DNA from: the human T2T-CHM13v2.0 reference genome, Homo sapiens
Length of the DNA stretch: 64,000 bases
Strand: one strand, 5' to 3'
Assembly (NCBI RefSeq): GCF_009914755.1
Contig: NC_060926.1
Of this stretch, positions 1-16,749 are shown one piece after another; the first letter of the stretch is position 1, and each line of letters opens with the position of its first letter. The notes below the pieces were generated by a model. The model had not been told where the DNA came from and did not search any database. It saw only the letters and a list, made by a program, of their open reading frames with translations. The translations under genes were made by a program, and so were the position numbers.

Positions 1-697
1 CAGGAAGGAGAAAGAAAGATTTTCCCAGATAGGCAAAAGCTGAGGGATTTCATCGCCAGACCTGTACTACCAGAAATTCTAAAGGAAGTACTTCAATCAG
101 AAAGAAAAGGACATTAATGAGCAATAAATAATCACCTGAAGTTACAAAACTCACTGGCAATAGTAAGTAAACACAGAAAAACATACAATGTTATGACACT
201 GTAACTGTGGTTTTATAAACTACTCTTATCCTAAGTAGAAAGACTAACTTATGAACCAATAAAAAACAATGACAACAACTTTTCAAGATAGACATGGTAC
301 AGTAAGACATACACAGACACAACCAAAGTTAAACAGTGAGGGGATGAAGTTAAGGCATAGAGTTTTTACTACTTTTCTTTTTGTTTGTTTATGCAAACAG
401 TGTTAAATTGTTATTAGGTTAAAATAATAGGTGATAAGATACTATTTGCCAGCTTCATGGTAACCTCAAACCAAAAATCATGCAATGGACACACAAAAAA
501 TAAAAAGCAAGAAACTAAATAGTATCACCAGAGAAAATGTCCTTCAGTAAACAAAGACAGGAATGAAAGAAAGATGGAAGAGAAGACCACAGAACAACCA
601 GAAAACAAATAATAGCATGGCAAGATTAAGTCCTCACCTATCAACAATAACACTGAATGTAAATGGACGAAACTCTCCAATCAAAAGACAGAGAGTG

Positions 698-710
698 GCA
701 CGCGCACATG

Positions 711-752
<42 letters not shown>
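698..752. repeat. (CG/CA)n alternating purine-pyrimidine microsatellite inside L1 ORF2
   Basis: gcacgcgcacatgcgcgcgcaca(ca)n read directly. Confidence 0.95.
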
Positions 753-757
<5 letters not shown>

Positions 758-3700
758 ACCCAATGTTCTGTTGCCTAAAAGAAACACACTTCACCTATGA
801 GGACACAAATAAATTGAAAACAAAGGAATGGAAAAAGATATCACATGCCAATGGAAACCAAAAAAGAGCAGGAGAATCTATACTTATATCAGACAAAATA
901 GAGTTTAAGACAAAGACTGTAAGAAGAGACAAGGCCACTATACAATGATAAAGATGTCAATTCTGCAACAGAATATAATGATTCTAAACATATATGCGTT
1001 CAACACTGGAGCACCCAGATATGTAATGCAAATATTGGTAAAACTAAAAAGAGAGAGAGATGGGCCCCAATACAATAATAGCTGGAGACTTCAACACCCC
1101 AATTTCAGCATTGGACAGATCTTCCAGAAAGAAAATCAACAAAGAAACACTGGACTTCATCTGCACTATAGACCAAATGAATCTAATAGATATTTACAGA
1201 CTTTTCATCCAATGGCTTTAGAATACACATTATTTTCTTCAGCACATGGATTATTCTCAAGGATATATCATATGTTAGGTCACAGAACAAGTCTTAAAAC
1301 ATTCAAAAAATCAAAATAATATGAAGCATCTTCTCTGACCACAATGGAATAAAGCTATAAATTAATAATGAGAAGAATTTTGGAAACTAAGCAAATATGT
1401 AAATATTAAACAATATACTCCTGAGCGACCAGTAGGTCAATGAATAAGAAGGAAATTAAAAAATTTCTTAAAACAAATGATAATGGAAACACAACATACC
1501 AAAATCTATGGGATACAGCAAAAGCAGTACTAAGAGGGAAGCTTATAGCTATAAGTGCCTACATCAAAAAAGAGGAAAAACTTCAAATAAACAATCTAAT
1601 GATGCATCTTAAAGAACTAGAAAAGCAAGAGCAAATCAAACCCAAAATTAGGAGAAGAAAAGAAATAATAAATATCAGAGCAGAAATAAATGAAATTAAA
1701 ACAAAAAATACAACAGATCAAAGAAACACAGAGTTGGTTTCTTGAGAAGTTAAATAAAATTGACGAACATTTAGCAAGACTAAGAAAAAAGGGAGAGAAG
1801 ATAAAAATAAATAAAATCAGAAATGAAAAAGGAGACATTACAACTGATTCATACATCACAGTATTTCAAAGGATAATTAGTGGCTAATGTGAGCTACTAT
1901 ATGGCAATAAACTGGAAAATCCAGAAGAAATGGAAAAATTCCTACACACATACAACCTACCAAGATTGAATCAGGAAGAAATCCAAAATCTGAACAAACC
2001 AATAACAAGTAATGAGATGGAAGCCGTAATAAAAAAATTCCGAGCAAAAAAAAAGCTCAGGACCTGATGATTTCATTGCTAAATTCTACCGAACATTTAA
2101 AGAACTAATACGAATCCTACTCAAACTATTCTGAAAAATAGAGGAGTAGGGGATATCTCTAAACTCATTTTATGAGGCCAATATTACCCTGATATCAAAA
2201 CCAGGCAAAGACACATCATAAAAAGAAAACTAAAGACCAATATCTCTGGTGGATGTTGATGCAAAAATCACCAATAAAATATTAGCAAACTGAATTCAGT
2301 AATACATTAGAAGGATCATTCATCATGACCAAGTAGAATTTATCCCTGGGATGCAAGGATGGTTCATTATGTGCCAATCAATCAATGGGATACATCATAT
2401 CAACAAAATGAAGAACAAAAAACATATGATCATTTCAATTAATGCTGAAAAGGCATTCGATAAAATTTCACATCCCTTGATGATAAAAACTCTAAAAAAA
2501 CCAGGTATAGAAGGAACATAGTTCAACATAAGAAAAGCCATGTATGACAGACCCACAGCTAGCATCATACTGAATGGGGAAAAACTGAAAACCTTTCCTC
2601 TAAGATCTGAAACACAATAAGGATGTCCACTTCCGCCGCTGTTATTCAACATAGTGTCAGAAATCCTCACTAGAACAATCAGACAAGAGAAATAAATAAG
2701 GGTCATCCAAATTGGAATGGAAGAAGTCAAATTGTCCTTGTTTACAGATGATATAATCTTATATTTGGAAAAACCTAAAGACTCTACAAAAAAACAACCT
2801 ACTTGAACTGATAAATTCAGTAAAGTTGCAAGATACAAAATCAACATACAAAAATTAGTAGCATTTCTATATGCCAAAAGTGAAAAATCTGAAAAGGAAA
2901 TTAAAAAGTAATTCCATTTATAATAGCCACAAAGTTAAATACCTAGGAATTAGCCAAAGAAGTGAAAGACTTCTATAATGAAAACTATGAAACGATGATG
3001 AGAGAAGTTGAAGAGGACACCAAAAAATCGAAAAATATTCCGTGTTTATGGATTGGAAGAATCAATATTGTTAAAATGTTTATACTACCTAAAGCAATCT
3101 ACAGATTCAATGCAGTCCCTACCAAAATACCAATGACATTCATCAAAGAAGTAGGACAATCTTAAAATTTATATGGAACCTCCAAATACCCAAGGTAGGC
3201 AAAACTATCCTAAGCAAAAAGAACAAAACTAGAGGAATCACATTACCTGACTTCAAACTATACTACCGTGATATAGAACCAAAATAGCATGGTACTGGCA
3301 TAAAAAACAGACATATAGACCAATAGAACAGAAAAAGAGAACCCAGAAACACATCCACACACCAACAATGAACTCATTTTTGACCAAGCTGTGAAGAATA
3401 TACACTGGGGAAAAGATATTTTCTTCAATAAATGATGCTGGGAAAACTGAACATCCATATGCAGAAGAATGAGTGAAGCTAGACCCCTACCTCTCACCAT
3501 ATACAAAAATCAAACCAAAATAGATTAAAGACTTAAATCTAAGACCTCACGCTATGAAACTACTACAAGAAAACATTGGAGAAACTCTCCAGGATATTGA
3601 TCTGGACAAAAGTTTCTTGAGTGATACCCCAGAAACACAGGCAACCAAAGCAAAAATAGACAAATGGGATCATATCAAGTTAAAAAGCTTCTGCACAGCA

Positions 3701-4208
3701 AAGGATACAATCAACAAAGTGAAGACACAACCCATAGAATGGGAGGGAATATTTGCAAACTACCCATCTCACAAGGGATTAATAACCAGAATATATAAGG
3801 AGCTCAAACAAATCTATAGGAAAAAATGTAATAATTCCACCAAAAATGGCAAAATAAATAAATAGACATTTCTCAAAAGAAGATATACAAATGGCAAACA
3901 GGCATATGAAAACGTAGTCAGCTTCATCAATCATCAGATAAATGTAAATCAAAACTACGCTGAGATGTCATCACCCCCCAGTCAAAATAGCTTATATTTA
4001 AAAGACAGGCAATAGCAAATGCTGGTGAGAATGTGGAGAAAAGGGAACCCTTGTGCACTGTTGGTGGGAATGTAAGTTAGTACAACCACTATGGAGAACA
4101 GTTTGGAGGTTGCTCAAAAAACCAAAAATAGAATTACCATATGATCCAAAAACGAAAAACTGAGCAATCCCACTGGCTGGCATATACCCATAAGAAAGGA
4201 AATTAGTA

Positions 4209-4530
<322 letters not shown>

Positions 4531-5574
4531 TTAGTATATCAAAGAAATAGTCGGCACTCCCCATGTTTGTTGCAGCGCACTGTTCACAATAGCTAAGATT
4601 TGGAAGCAACCTAAGTATCCATCAACAGATAAATGGATGAAAAATGTGGTACATATGCACAGTGGAATACTAGTCAACCATAAAAAAGAATGAGATCCTG
4701 TCATTTTCACCAACCTGAGTGGAAATGGAGATCATTAAGTGAAATAAGCCAGGCACAGAAAGACAAATGTTGCGTATTCTCACTTATTTGTGGGATCGAA
4801 AAATCAAAACAATTGAACTCATGGACATAAAGAGTAGAAGGATGACTACCAGAGCCTGGGAAGGGTAGTGGGGGGTGGAGCAGGAAGAGGAGATAGTTAA
4901 TGGGTACAAAAAATGGAAAGAATAAGACCTACTATTTGATTGCACAACAGGGTGCCTATAGCCAATAATAACTTAACTGTACATTTAAAAATAACTATAA
5001 TAATGAAATTGGATTTTTTGTAACACAAAGAATAAATGCCCAAGGGGATGGATACCCTATTCTCCATGATGTGATTATTTCACATTGAATGCCTGTATCA
5101 AAATGTCTGATCTACCCCATAAATATATACATCTACTGTGTACCCACAAAAATTAAAAATTAAAAAAATGTAAAAAACAACCAGAAATGTTAGAAATTTA
5201 TTTTTTTCTCTCTTTTAATATGCCTTCCTTTGCTAGAGTTACGACTTTTCAAGATACATTAAGGCACTTTGAGAAATCTTAAAGAGTATGAACTGTATTA
5301 TATTCATCTTTAGGTTTAAAAAATTCAATCTAGTCTTTGGAGCACAGTAGGTTCTCAAACATATTGAATTAAAGTAGGAACAGTACAAAGAGCAGAATTT
5401 ATGGTAATCAGTTTTATTTTTGACAAGATTATTTACCATGTAAATGTCATGGCATCTGAAATGTGTTCATTGCACATACCCAAGAGATCCCAAATGCCAG
5501 TATGGAAAACAGCAGACCAAAGAAACATAAAATAATTCAGGAGAAAAAAATTGACAGGCAGGAATGCTGCATCG

Positions 5575-5805
5575 TGTAGCATTAAGAATATGATATTTAA
5601 ATTAAAAACTGACCTGGGTTTAATCTCATCTCAGCTATGTAAAAAGTCTGAGATCTTGGAGAAATTATTTAACCACTCTGAATCCTCATTTCCTCATCTA
5701 TAAATGAGAGGTCATTAAAACAATTCTCCCAAATGGTTGATGTGAATATCAAATGAGATCATTTCTATAAAACCCTTAAAATAGTATTTGACCCATTGTA
5801 ATCAT
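5575..5805 (+). mobile_element. MIR SINE relic
   Basis: MIR core: ctgggttta...ttatttaaccactctgaatcctcatttcctcatctataaatgag. Confidence 0.7.
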
Positions 5806-6048
5806 AAAATTAACAGAAGTTATTATAAACTATAAAAATTGAGTACTTTTTTTAAGAAACTGATATTTTCAGGGAAAAATGAAACTGAATCCAAGGTAGA
5901 TGTTATTAGAATATTGATTTTTTTCTCACCAATGGCATTACATTTTTTTGGAAAGCAAAATATACTGGATTTTAACAGTCCCAAATTATATATGATATAC
6001 ATATCTCATGTTATCTGTTGAGTTAATGATTTTGAGTCTATGATTTAG

Positions 6049-8250
<2,202 letters not shown>

Positions 8251-9137
8251 TTACCTTTGTTATCAGATTCATAAGAGCCATGTTAGTTTAGTTGATAAAA
8301 ATGTTTTGCTTTACAGAAACATTCTTGAAAGCAATAGGCCTATGCCATTCTCATTTCAGTGGAACTTAGTCTGATACAAAATATAAAGAGATGAAAAGCA
8401 TTCTCTATTGTAATTGTTTTGAAAACAAGAATATAATAAGTAAAACATACCAGTGATGGCATTTATTTTACTTCTGAACTCATCAGTGAAATTAGTGGAA
8501 GAGTAATGTTGTTGGTCACAATAGTTAGAAGTCTGACACTAACATTGTGTACTAGAACTAGAATTTTTCTGTAGCCTTATAATCTGAGTGTTTCTGAAAC
8601 AATTCAGAAAATGCAAATGAATAATTTTTAAAGTATACACATTTGCATGAACACACTAAGATTTCACATATAAAATGTACTTAATTTAAACAGAGTCCTC
8701 AAAGCACCACGTGGATGGAACTTTGATCATAAATGTTTTTCATTATTCGTTATTCAATTCATTCAATTTTCAGTTGATTATATTTTTTCCCTGTTAAACT
8801 TTAAGCAATCTTTACTAAAAAGTCATGAAACTTCTTATAGTACAAAAAAAATCCCAGGGACAAGTGTGGGTATACTTAATTGCTGTATATCAACATTCTC
8901 CAAATAGAGAATAATTTCCTATCATATCAAAAAATATCAAAAATAGTAAATTGATGATTAAGCTACAAATATTTTGAGAATAAAGATTTAAATCAACAGG
9001 GATAATGTAATATTCATAAACTTTTGTTGTCCACAAGGAATTAACATTTTCAAATAAAAATACTCAAAGAAAAAAAAGAAAAGCCAGAGGCCTGGTTTAT
9101 CATTTTTCTTTTTTAATGAGTAGTTCTGCAAACAGAT

Positions 9138-9200
9138 AGCTTAACCTCAGTGGGCCTCAGTTTCTCTATTTGTAAAATGAATCAGTTTGACTGAATATCT
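9138..9200 (+). mobile_element. MIR fragment
   Basis: ttaacctcagtgggcctcagtttctctatttgtaaaatg. Confidence 0.55.
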
Positions 9201-9294
9201 GTATGGCTCATTAAAACACAATAATTATTAAAGTTGAGAGTATCATCTTATTTACCAAGGTCCATTATATGTAGATGGATCTTTGCAAGGAAAA

Positions 9295-9667
9295 TGTATT
9301 ACTCCATTTTCATACCATGATAAAGAACTGCCGAGACTGGGTAATTTATAAAGGAAAGAGGTTTAATTGACTCACAGTTCAGCATGGCTGGGGAGGCCTC
9401 AGGAAACTTACAAGCATGGCAGAAGGCGAAGAGGAAGCAAGGCATCTTTTTCACAAGGTGGCAGCAAGAAGTGCCTAGCGAAGGGAGAAGAGGCCCTTAT
9501 AAAACCATCAGATCTTGTGAGAACTCACTCACTATCACAAGAACTGCATGGGGGAACCGCCCCCATGCTTCAATTACCTCTACCTTGTCTCTCCATTAAC
9601 ACATGGGATTATGGGGATTACAATTCAAGATGAGATTTGGGTGGGGACACAAAGCCTGACCATATCA
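9295..9667 (-). mobile_element. THE1D-like MaLR solo LTR
   Basis: tgtatta...catatca termini, typical THE1 body, 5-bp TSD gaaaa (9290-9294, 9668-9672). Confidence 0.9.
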
Positions 9668-9889
9668 GAAAATAAACACTTTGGAGTTGTACACAGACAA
9701 GAACAAATGTTGCTAGGACTTTCTATAGAAAACTAAGGGCATTCACATTTAACATCAGGTAATTGTTTTCTTTTATTATCATAAATAATGTATGTGTTAT
9801 TGGGTTATAAACATCTTTAATAATTTTCCTTTCCATCTAAAAATGAATCAAATATGATCTTAACAAAAAGTACATATATTTAATTAAAT

Positions 9890-10415
9890 CAGAACTGTAT
9901 CTTGTAAGTAAATGAAGTGAAACAAAAACTGCTTTAAACAATGAAGTGGAATTATTGGATGATGACATTGAAAAAACCTAACAGCCTCAATCTAGTTAGG
10001 ACTCCACATCCATTCATCTGCCATTCTGGCATTCTTCTCTGTGTTGGCTTAGTTCTCAGGCTGCTTTACCATGTAACTGTCAGACAGGTGCAAGCAGCAA
10101 CTATAGCTATGGCTTCCTCATTTTCACCCATGTGGAGAGGGCATTGTTTCACCAGAAAATCAAACAAATGCCTGTGATTCCCCTTGATTGAGGGACTCCC
10201 AGTTCAGACCCTGTGAGCACAGAAAATGCCATATACCAATTTGGAAAGGACCATTATCTGGTCCAGTATCCATGGCAGTATCCATGGTAAAGATTGTACA
10301 ATTAGGGTTCATCCAGTGCTGCACAATGATGGATGAAAAATTCTCCAAAGAAAATTCTAGTTTCTGTTAGGAAGAGAGAAGAGAGAGTACTTTTAGATTA
10401 TGCAACCAACAAATG
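9890..10415 (-). mobile_element. Ancient MLT1-like MaLR LTR relic
   Basis: Weak motifs (tctctgtgttggcttagttctcaggc; ttcaccagaaaatcaaacaaatgcc); boundaries approximate. Confidence 0.35.
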
Positions 10416-10771
10416 TCAAATGTATGAGTATATATTCAAATGTATTCGATGTTTACAGTGAGAATATTACAGACACCAGTTGTTTTATGTTTTCTTATAG
10501 TATTTGGAACTCTAAATATGAAAAATGAGATCTAAGTTAAAATATTGGTGAATATTTATTGGATCTCCTAGTGGGAAATAGATTTAAGAATAAGAACAAT
10601 GGACAAAATGTAAGTGAAAAGGGTGACATTTTAAAATTGTACATGAAAATATCCATAAAAATTAAAAGACAAATATAAGTTAGGAAAAATAGTTGCTAGA
10701 AAAATGATGAAGAATTAGCATCCTTCAAGATTAAAAGATTTCTTCACAACAACGAAGGCAACAATCCACCT

Positions 10772-11136
10772 TGTAGCAGACACCGTGGATGACTCACTTA
10801 CTCTTCTTGGCTCATAATATTGGCAGGAAGCCAGTACTCACTTCTCCTTACCCCTGGTGGCCTGTGGCAGGCTGAAAGTGCTAGAGAGTTAATGCCCAAT
10901 CCCCTAACAGTTCCTAGCTATAGACGGACAGGAGCTGTTGTGGAAATACCCTAGCTTTCTAGTCCATGGGTGGGATGATTTTGGATGGAAACCCTCTAAA
11001 ACACAGAGCCTTTATCAGCCCCTTCTCTTCTCTGATTTCCCTTCTCTGTGATCAGGGTTTTCCAGGATTACCAACTCAACCCACTACTTTCACTCAAATA
11101 CCACTTTCAGGGAAAGTTCCTATAAGAACCCAGACA
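10772..11136. mobile_element. Probable LTR16-like ERVL solo LTR within an old L1 fragment
   Basis: tgtagcagacaccgtgg start, gctgaaagtgctagagagttaatgccc motif, ...aacccagaca end. Flanked by L1M-like A-rich sequence. Confidence 0.4.
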
Positions 11137-11179
11137 CTTCCACATCAATTTTTTAAGTTTTCAAAATTGCTCAAATTTT

Positions 11180-11330
11180 GAGATGTTTTTATCACAAAAA
11201 AGAGCATAATTTAAGGTCATGGATTTATTAATTCACCTGATGAAACCATTCCATATAGTAAACATATACCAAAACATCACATTGTACCCTATAAATAAAT
11301 ACAATTTTGCCAATTAAAATTTGTAAAAAG
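11180..11330 (+). mobile_element. L1MA-type 3' end fragment
   Basis: catataccaaaacatcacattgtaccctataaataaatacaat. Confidence 0.6.
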
Positions 11331-11643
11331 TGAGTAAACAAACCACTACAGAATAAACATGAATATTTATTCACAGAAAACCCACAGAATAAAAGTGAAA
11401 AAAACTTCTACTTTGTAGTTATTAAACAAATAGGGAGATCCTATTTTTATTTTGTCAAGATTGTCCAAAATTAAGAGATAAAACTCAGTGTGTTATAAAG
11501 GGTATATTCAGGAAATCTTCCCATAATGTGAAGGTGATTTAGCAAAAATACTTACAAATATATTTTAAAAACATTTGTTTTTCAACTCAGTATGTCTACT
11601 TTTAATAGGTATTTGTAGTTCTGTTAGAAATTATATCTAATTA

Positions 11644-11942
<299 letters not shown>

Positions 11943-13565
11943 TCAGAATATTAGTTACTATAAGGGAAACTGGGAAGAGTGGAGGAGGCAAGGTTTATGA
12001 GAGAATAGACAAAAGTTTTGTGAATTCCTTTACCTTTCTCCTTCATGTATTCATCCTGACTCTGATGTTACACTGCCCTCAAGACTCTGGCTCTGATGCT
12101 CACCATTGCTTAAGTCTTGGAAGCACCTTCTCTTGGCCTGTTTGCAGATCTTCACTTGTTCTGAGCTATATATTGCATGTCTAGCATTAGTCTGGCATTG
12201 GCCTACCTGTTCTTTCCCTGGTGCCTGACTTGGATCTCATCCAGTTTTCAATGTCATTCCTCCCAACATTCAATAGTGACTCATTCCATTTTTTAGCACA
12301 TTATCACCTGGACTATTGTACCATTTGATAGAATGCACTATTATGCTCTATGTTTGAATAGCATGAACTGATTTTGCTATTTTACAATTAATGCCATAAG
12401 TGATGGTGGGAAGGGATGTGTAGTGGTGACAGAAAATTAAAAGGACTTTATGCACATATTTTCCAGAATGTAAGAAGTAGATTTTCTTAAAAACACTGGA
12501 TACTGGCTTCACATTTCTGCATAAATTCATTCTAAATCATGAAAATCACCCATAAATGGTAGGGGCCCAAATTGACTGTACCAGGGCAGATTGATCCTTT
12601 CCATTCATTAGCTACTATTCATTGTTGTCTGGATTCAGTGACATCATATGTACAAAAGTGTTTGCAAACTTTGGATCAAAACATCAATGGATGTTTTATT
12701 ATTATGTTTTGTATGTTATAGACTCCAGCATTGTGATTCCATTTTCCAGCTAGAGACTGAACAACTTTTCAAAATGCTGAACGAAGTGCAGAATTTTCAC
12801 TGATTTTTATTCAAATTTTTATGAATGTATTTGATATTATTGGTCTTTTGCACAAAATAAACTAATATCATTTGGTAAACATTTTTGTTTTATCTGGTAA
12901 ATTAAAATACACAAAAAACCACAATTTTTCATTTTTAAAACTGGGGAATCATTAGAAATCACCAATGATATGTATAGTTAATTGAAATGCTGGGCTAAAA
13001 CAATATTACTAATAAATAACTCAATGACACATGGCTAAAATGAACTCATATGCAGACTGTAATTATAAGTCATAATTAATCACATGCAGAGGTTATCTCC
13101 ACTGTAAAGTAAATAAGTGTCTCACTCAGAGCTGATTTGTTAAAATACTATCTGGAAAGCCAATAAATATTCATTATACATATTAAACACAAAATTCTGC
13201 CAGTGGAAGATTACCCCTTTCAAGGTCACTTGTTTGGAAGAGCACAAAGATGAGGCAGCAAAGATACACTTATTCAGGTCTTTGTTAGCCAAGGTTTTTT
13301 ACCTCTGGCAAATTCCTGACTTCGCTCTGTCCCATTTGGAAAATAGAATTTTGTATTCACTGACTCCTTTTGCTTTATAAGCATATTGTAAGCATAAAGT
13401 GCAAATAGCTCAATGAAAATAGCGGGGAAACATAAAATCTCTGTAAATATTAGGTATTCATGTTTTATGATTTCTAGCAGTTTTCAAATATTTTATTTGA
13501 TGTGTAACATTAAATACTTCTCAAGTATTTTCACCCTATGAAAGCCACACAAATAAGAAGGTCCT

Positions 13566-13944
13566 TGATATGGTTAGGTTTTGTGTCCCCACCCAAATCT
13601 CATCTTGAATTATAGTCCCCATAATCCTGATGTGTCAAGGGAGAGACCAGGTGGAGGTAATTGAATCATGAGGGCAGTTTCTCCCACACTGTTCTCATGA
13701 TAGTGAGTGAGTTCTCTTAAGATGTGATGGTTTTATAAGGGGTTCTTCCCTCTTTGCTAGGTACTTCTCCTTCCTGCCACCTTGTGAATAAGGTGCCTTG
13801 CTTCTTTTCACCTTTTGCTGTGATTGTAAGTTTCCTGAGGACTCCTCAGCCATGCTGAGCTGTGAGTCAATTAAACCTCTTTCCTTTATAAATTACCCAG
13901 TGTCAGGTAGTATTTTTATAGCAGCGTGAAAACGGACTAATACA
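13566..13944 (+). mobile_element. THE1D-like MaLR solo LTR
   Basis: tgatatgg...ctaataca termini, perfect TSD gtcct (13561-13565, 13945-13949). Confidence 0.92.
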
Positions 13945-14054
13945 GTCCTATCACAGGTTAATGGAAGATACCTAGGTCTGCATACACTTAACTTCATATA
14001 TATGTGTATATATATATGAATATATACATATTTGTGAATATATACACATACATA

Positions 14055-14330
14055 TTTTAGAGTTGTGCTCTGTCACCCAGGCTAGAATGTAGTGGCATGA
14101 TCATAGCTCAGTGTAACCTTGAACTCCTGGACTGAAGGGATTCTCCCATCTCAGCCTTTCGAGTAGTTGGTACCATAGGCACGTGCCACTATGCTGGTTG
14201 ATGTTTTATTTATTAATTTTTTTATGTAGAGATGGGGTCTTGCTAGCTTGTCTAGGCTGGTCTTGAACTCCTAGTCTCAAGTGATCCTTCCACCTGGCAT
14301 CCTAAAGCACTGATATTACAAGTCTGAGTT
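14055..14330 (-). mobile_element. AluJ (Jo/Jr-like), with tail converted to an (AT)n microsatellite at 13995-14054
   Basis: gatcatagctcagtgtaaccttgaactcctgg...atggggtcttgctagcttgtctaggctgg. Confidence 0.85.
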
Positions 14331-15081
14331 GCATATATTGAGACATGTAGTTGTTAGGCACAATGAGATTTTTGTAGGTCAGCACAACCCACTTGTATAG
14401 TGGAAATCACCTAAAGTTTTGTCTCACAAATCCATCACTAAGCCAGAGAGATCATTTAAATATATTTGGACCAGGAAGTTCAATACACTTCACCATATAA
14501 TTTATGTAGTGTTAAATATGACAGATGATTTTATATAGAATGAAAAATAAATTTCATTTTTAAATGCTGGCAGTAAATTCAAGTACCTATTTAATTTCAC
14601 AATGCATTTATTTCATCTTTTACCTTCCTAGAAATAGGTAGGTAATGCTCTTTGAGATTGATATGTACATTTCTGTCACCAAGATGCAAGTCTTAAGGTT
14701 GGAGCCCAACTCCCTGGCATTTATTTGAACAGAACTTCAGCAGCAGCTCTGACCTGATCATCAGCTGTGGTTACTTCTGTAAATCATGGTTTGGCAACAG
14801 CTCTGCACCTTCTTGCCGATGCCAGAACATCTTGGCCAGTGGCCAATTGATTAAGCACTAGTGAATCCCTGGGGTGTGGGGCTATTTCAAAACCTAGAAC
14901 TGTGAAATATTTTATCTTCCTATGTTAAGAGTTTAGGAAAAACTTGAGGTATTTTTTAAAGTTCCCATAGTTAATATCCTGAGGATCATAGTCCTCAGAT
15001 CTTTATTTGTTAATATCATTCATTGTATGTAAAATATTCCAACAGAAAAGATTCCCTTGTGAAAAAAAATGTTCTTAGTTA

Positions 15082-15125
15082 AACACACACATACACAGAA
15101 ACACACACACACACACACACACACA
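15082..15125. repeat. (CA)n microsatellite
   Basis: Read directly. Confidence 0.9.
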
Positions 15126-16606
15126 GTGTGCCTATCATTTGTTGGTGATTTTCATGGTTTAACATTTTTTTTTACCGAATCTTTTTTTTTAAAGAGAATT
15201 CCTAGACTCTGGGATGTATATGTTAAAGTCTATTAGTCTTATCTTTTTTTCCAATCACTGTTTACATGGATTGTAAAACATAGACCCTGATAGTGCATGC
15301 TAGCAAATGGAGCAATAGTTTGGGTGATAATATGTTACAAGATGGAAGTGGTTAACATTGAGTTATGGGAGAAGAGATATTAAAAACTGAAAGAGATCCA
15401 AGTCAGGCACCCAGGAAAAAATAGGTAGGCCAATGCCAGTAATACAATTTCATAACTTAGGAAGGGTCAAGGTCCAGAATCAGGCCAGCAGAAGACATCA
15501 ACACTTAAGCAAGGGCATGTATCAGAGCCAGGACCTTGAGGGCAGTGCAATATCAGACCAAGAGGAATGGAGACAAATAAGGGAATCTAAGGAAATTTTG
15601 TCTATTCCTTCATTAACCCTGCCTCCTCCACATTTACTAGTTTCCTCTAACATAACTAACACTCTGAGAGTTTGCACTTAGGGTTCCTTAGTCTCTGATT
15701 TTATACTTAGCATAAAGTATGCCTTGCATCAAAGCACATTTAATTTAATGTAATTTAGTGAATAAATGAATAAAGAAGTAATAAAAGTGGACCCAATGAG
15801 CAAAAGAGTGTAAACATTTTGGAAAGATAGATTTTGCTAAATTCCCTTTTTACATGGTTTTTATAGATTTGTATTCTCATCAGTAGAGTATAAAAGGATT
15901 CCCTGAATAGTGCTTCTATAACATTGAGGATTAGTTTTAAATCTTAGACAATCTGATAAATTAAAAAAATTAGTTATTCCTTTAATGTTCATTTCCTTGA
16001 AACCTGTGAGGCAAAATAAATTTACCTTTGACAATGTTTCTTCTTTTATGATTTGTCTCTGCACAACCCACCTTTTTTGTGAATGTCTGTCTTGGGTTCA
16101 CCCGAAGCTGTTATGAGGCTAGGATATGAAAATAAGCAGTTAATTTGGTTGCTAATCCTGACAAACGCTGGTAGGAGAATGGGGAAATGAAACGAGGACA
16201 GAAGAAATCCCCTAAGTGTGCATTTTGAACAGATTGTCAGCACAGACAGGTGAACTTTAATCCCATTACAGAACTGAGAAATTCAGTTATCCCATCTGCA
16301 GGACTAGAGAGCTGGGCTCATTACTTACTCTTGTTATTCCTTGGCTGGGGGTTGCAAGAAGAGGTGACTTTTACCAGATGAAATGGAGAAAGCCCTTGGG
16401 CAAAGAGATGCAGGTGCTGGCCTTTGGAATTGTTCAAATTTCACTGAAATGGTTTTGGCTGAGAGGATAAGGTAAAATGCCGAGGTTTCTCTTACAAGAT
16501 AATTTAGTTTTTCCCTCATCAATGAGTGAAATCATTTTAACTTCAAGTTTATTTACTGTCATTATTTTTCCTACCAATGAACTTTTTAGTTTCCACCTGG
16601 TTATTC

Positions 16607-16748
16607 CTTTTTTTTAAACATATACATATATATAGATGAGTTCTCACTATGTTGCCTAGGCTGGTTTTGAACTCCTGAGCTCAAGTGATCCTCCTGCCTC
16701 GGCCTCCCAAAATGCTAGGATTACAGGTATGAGCCATCAGGCCTGGCC
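16607..16748 (-). mobile_element. FLAM_C / Alu left monomer
   Basis: ctcactatgttgcctaggctggttttgaactcctgagctcaagtgatcctcctgcctcggcc...ggcc. Confidence 0.85.
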
Positions 16749-16749
16749 T

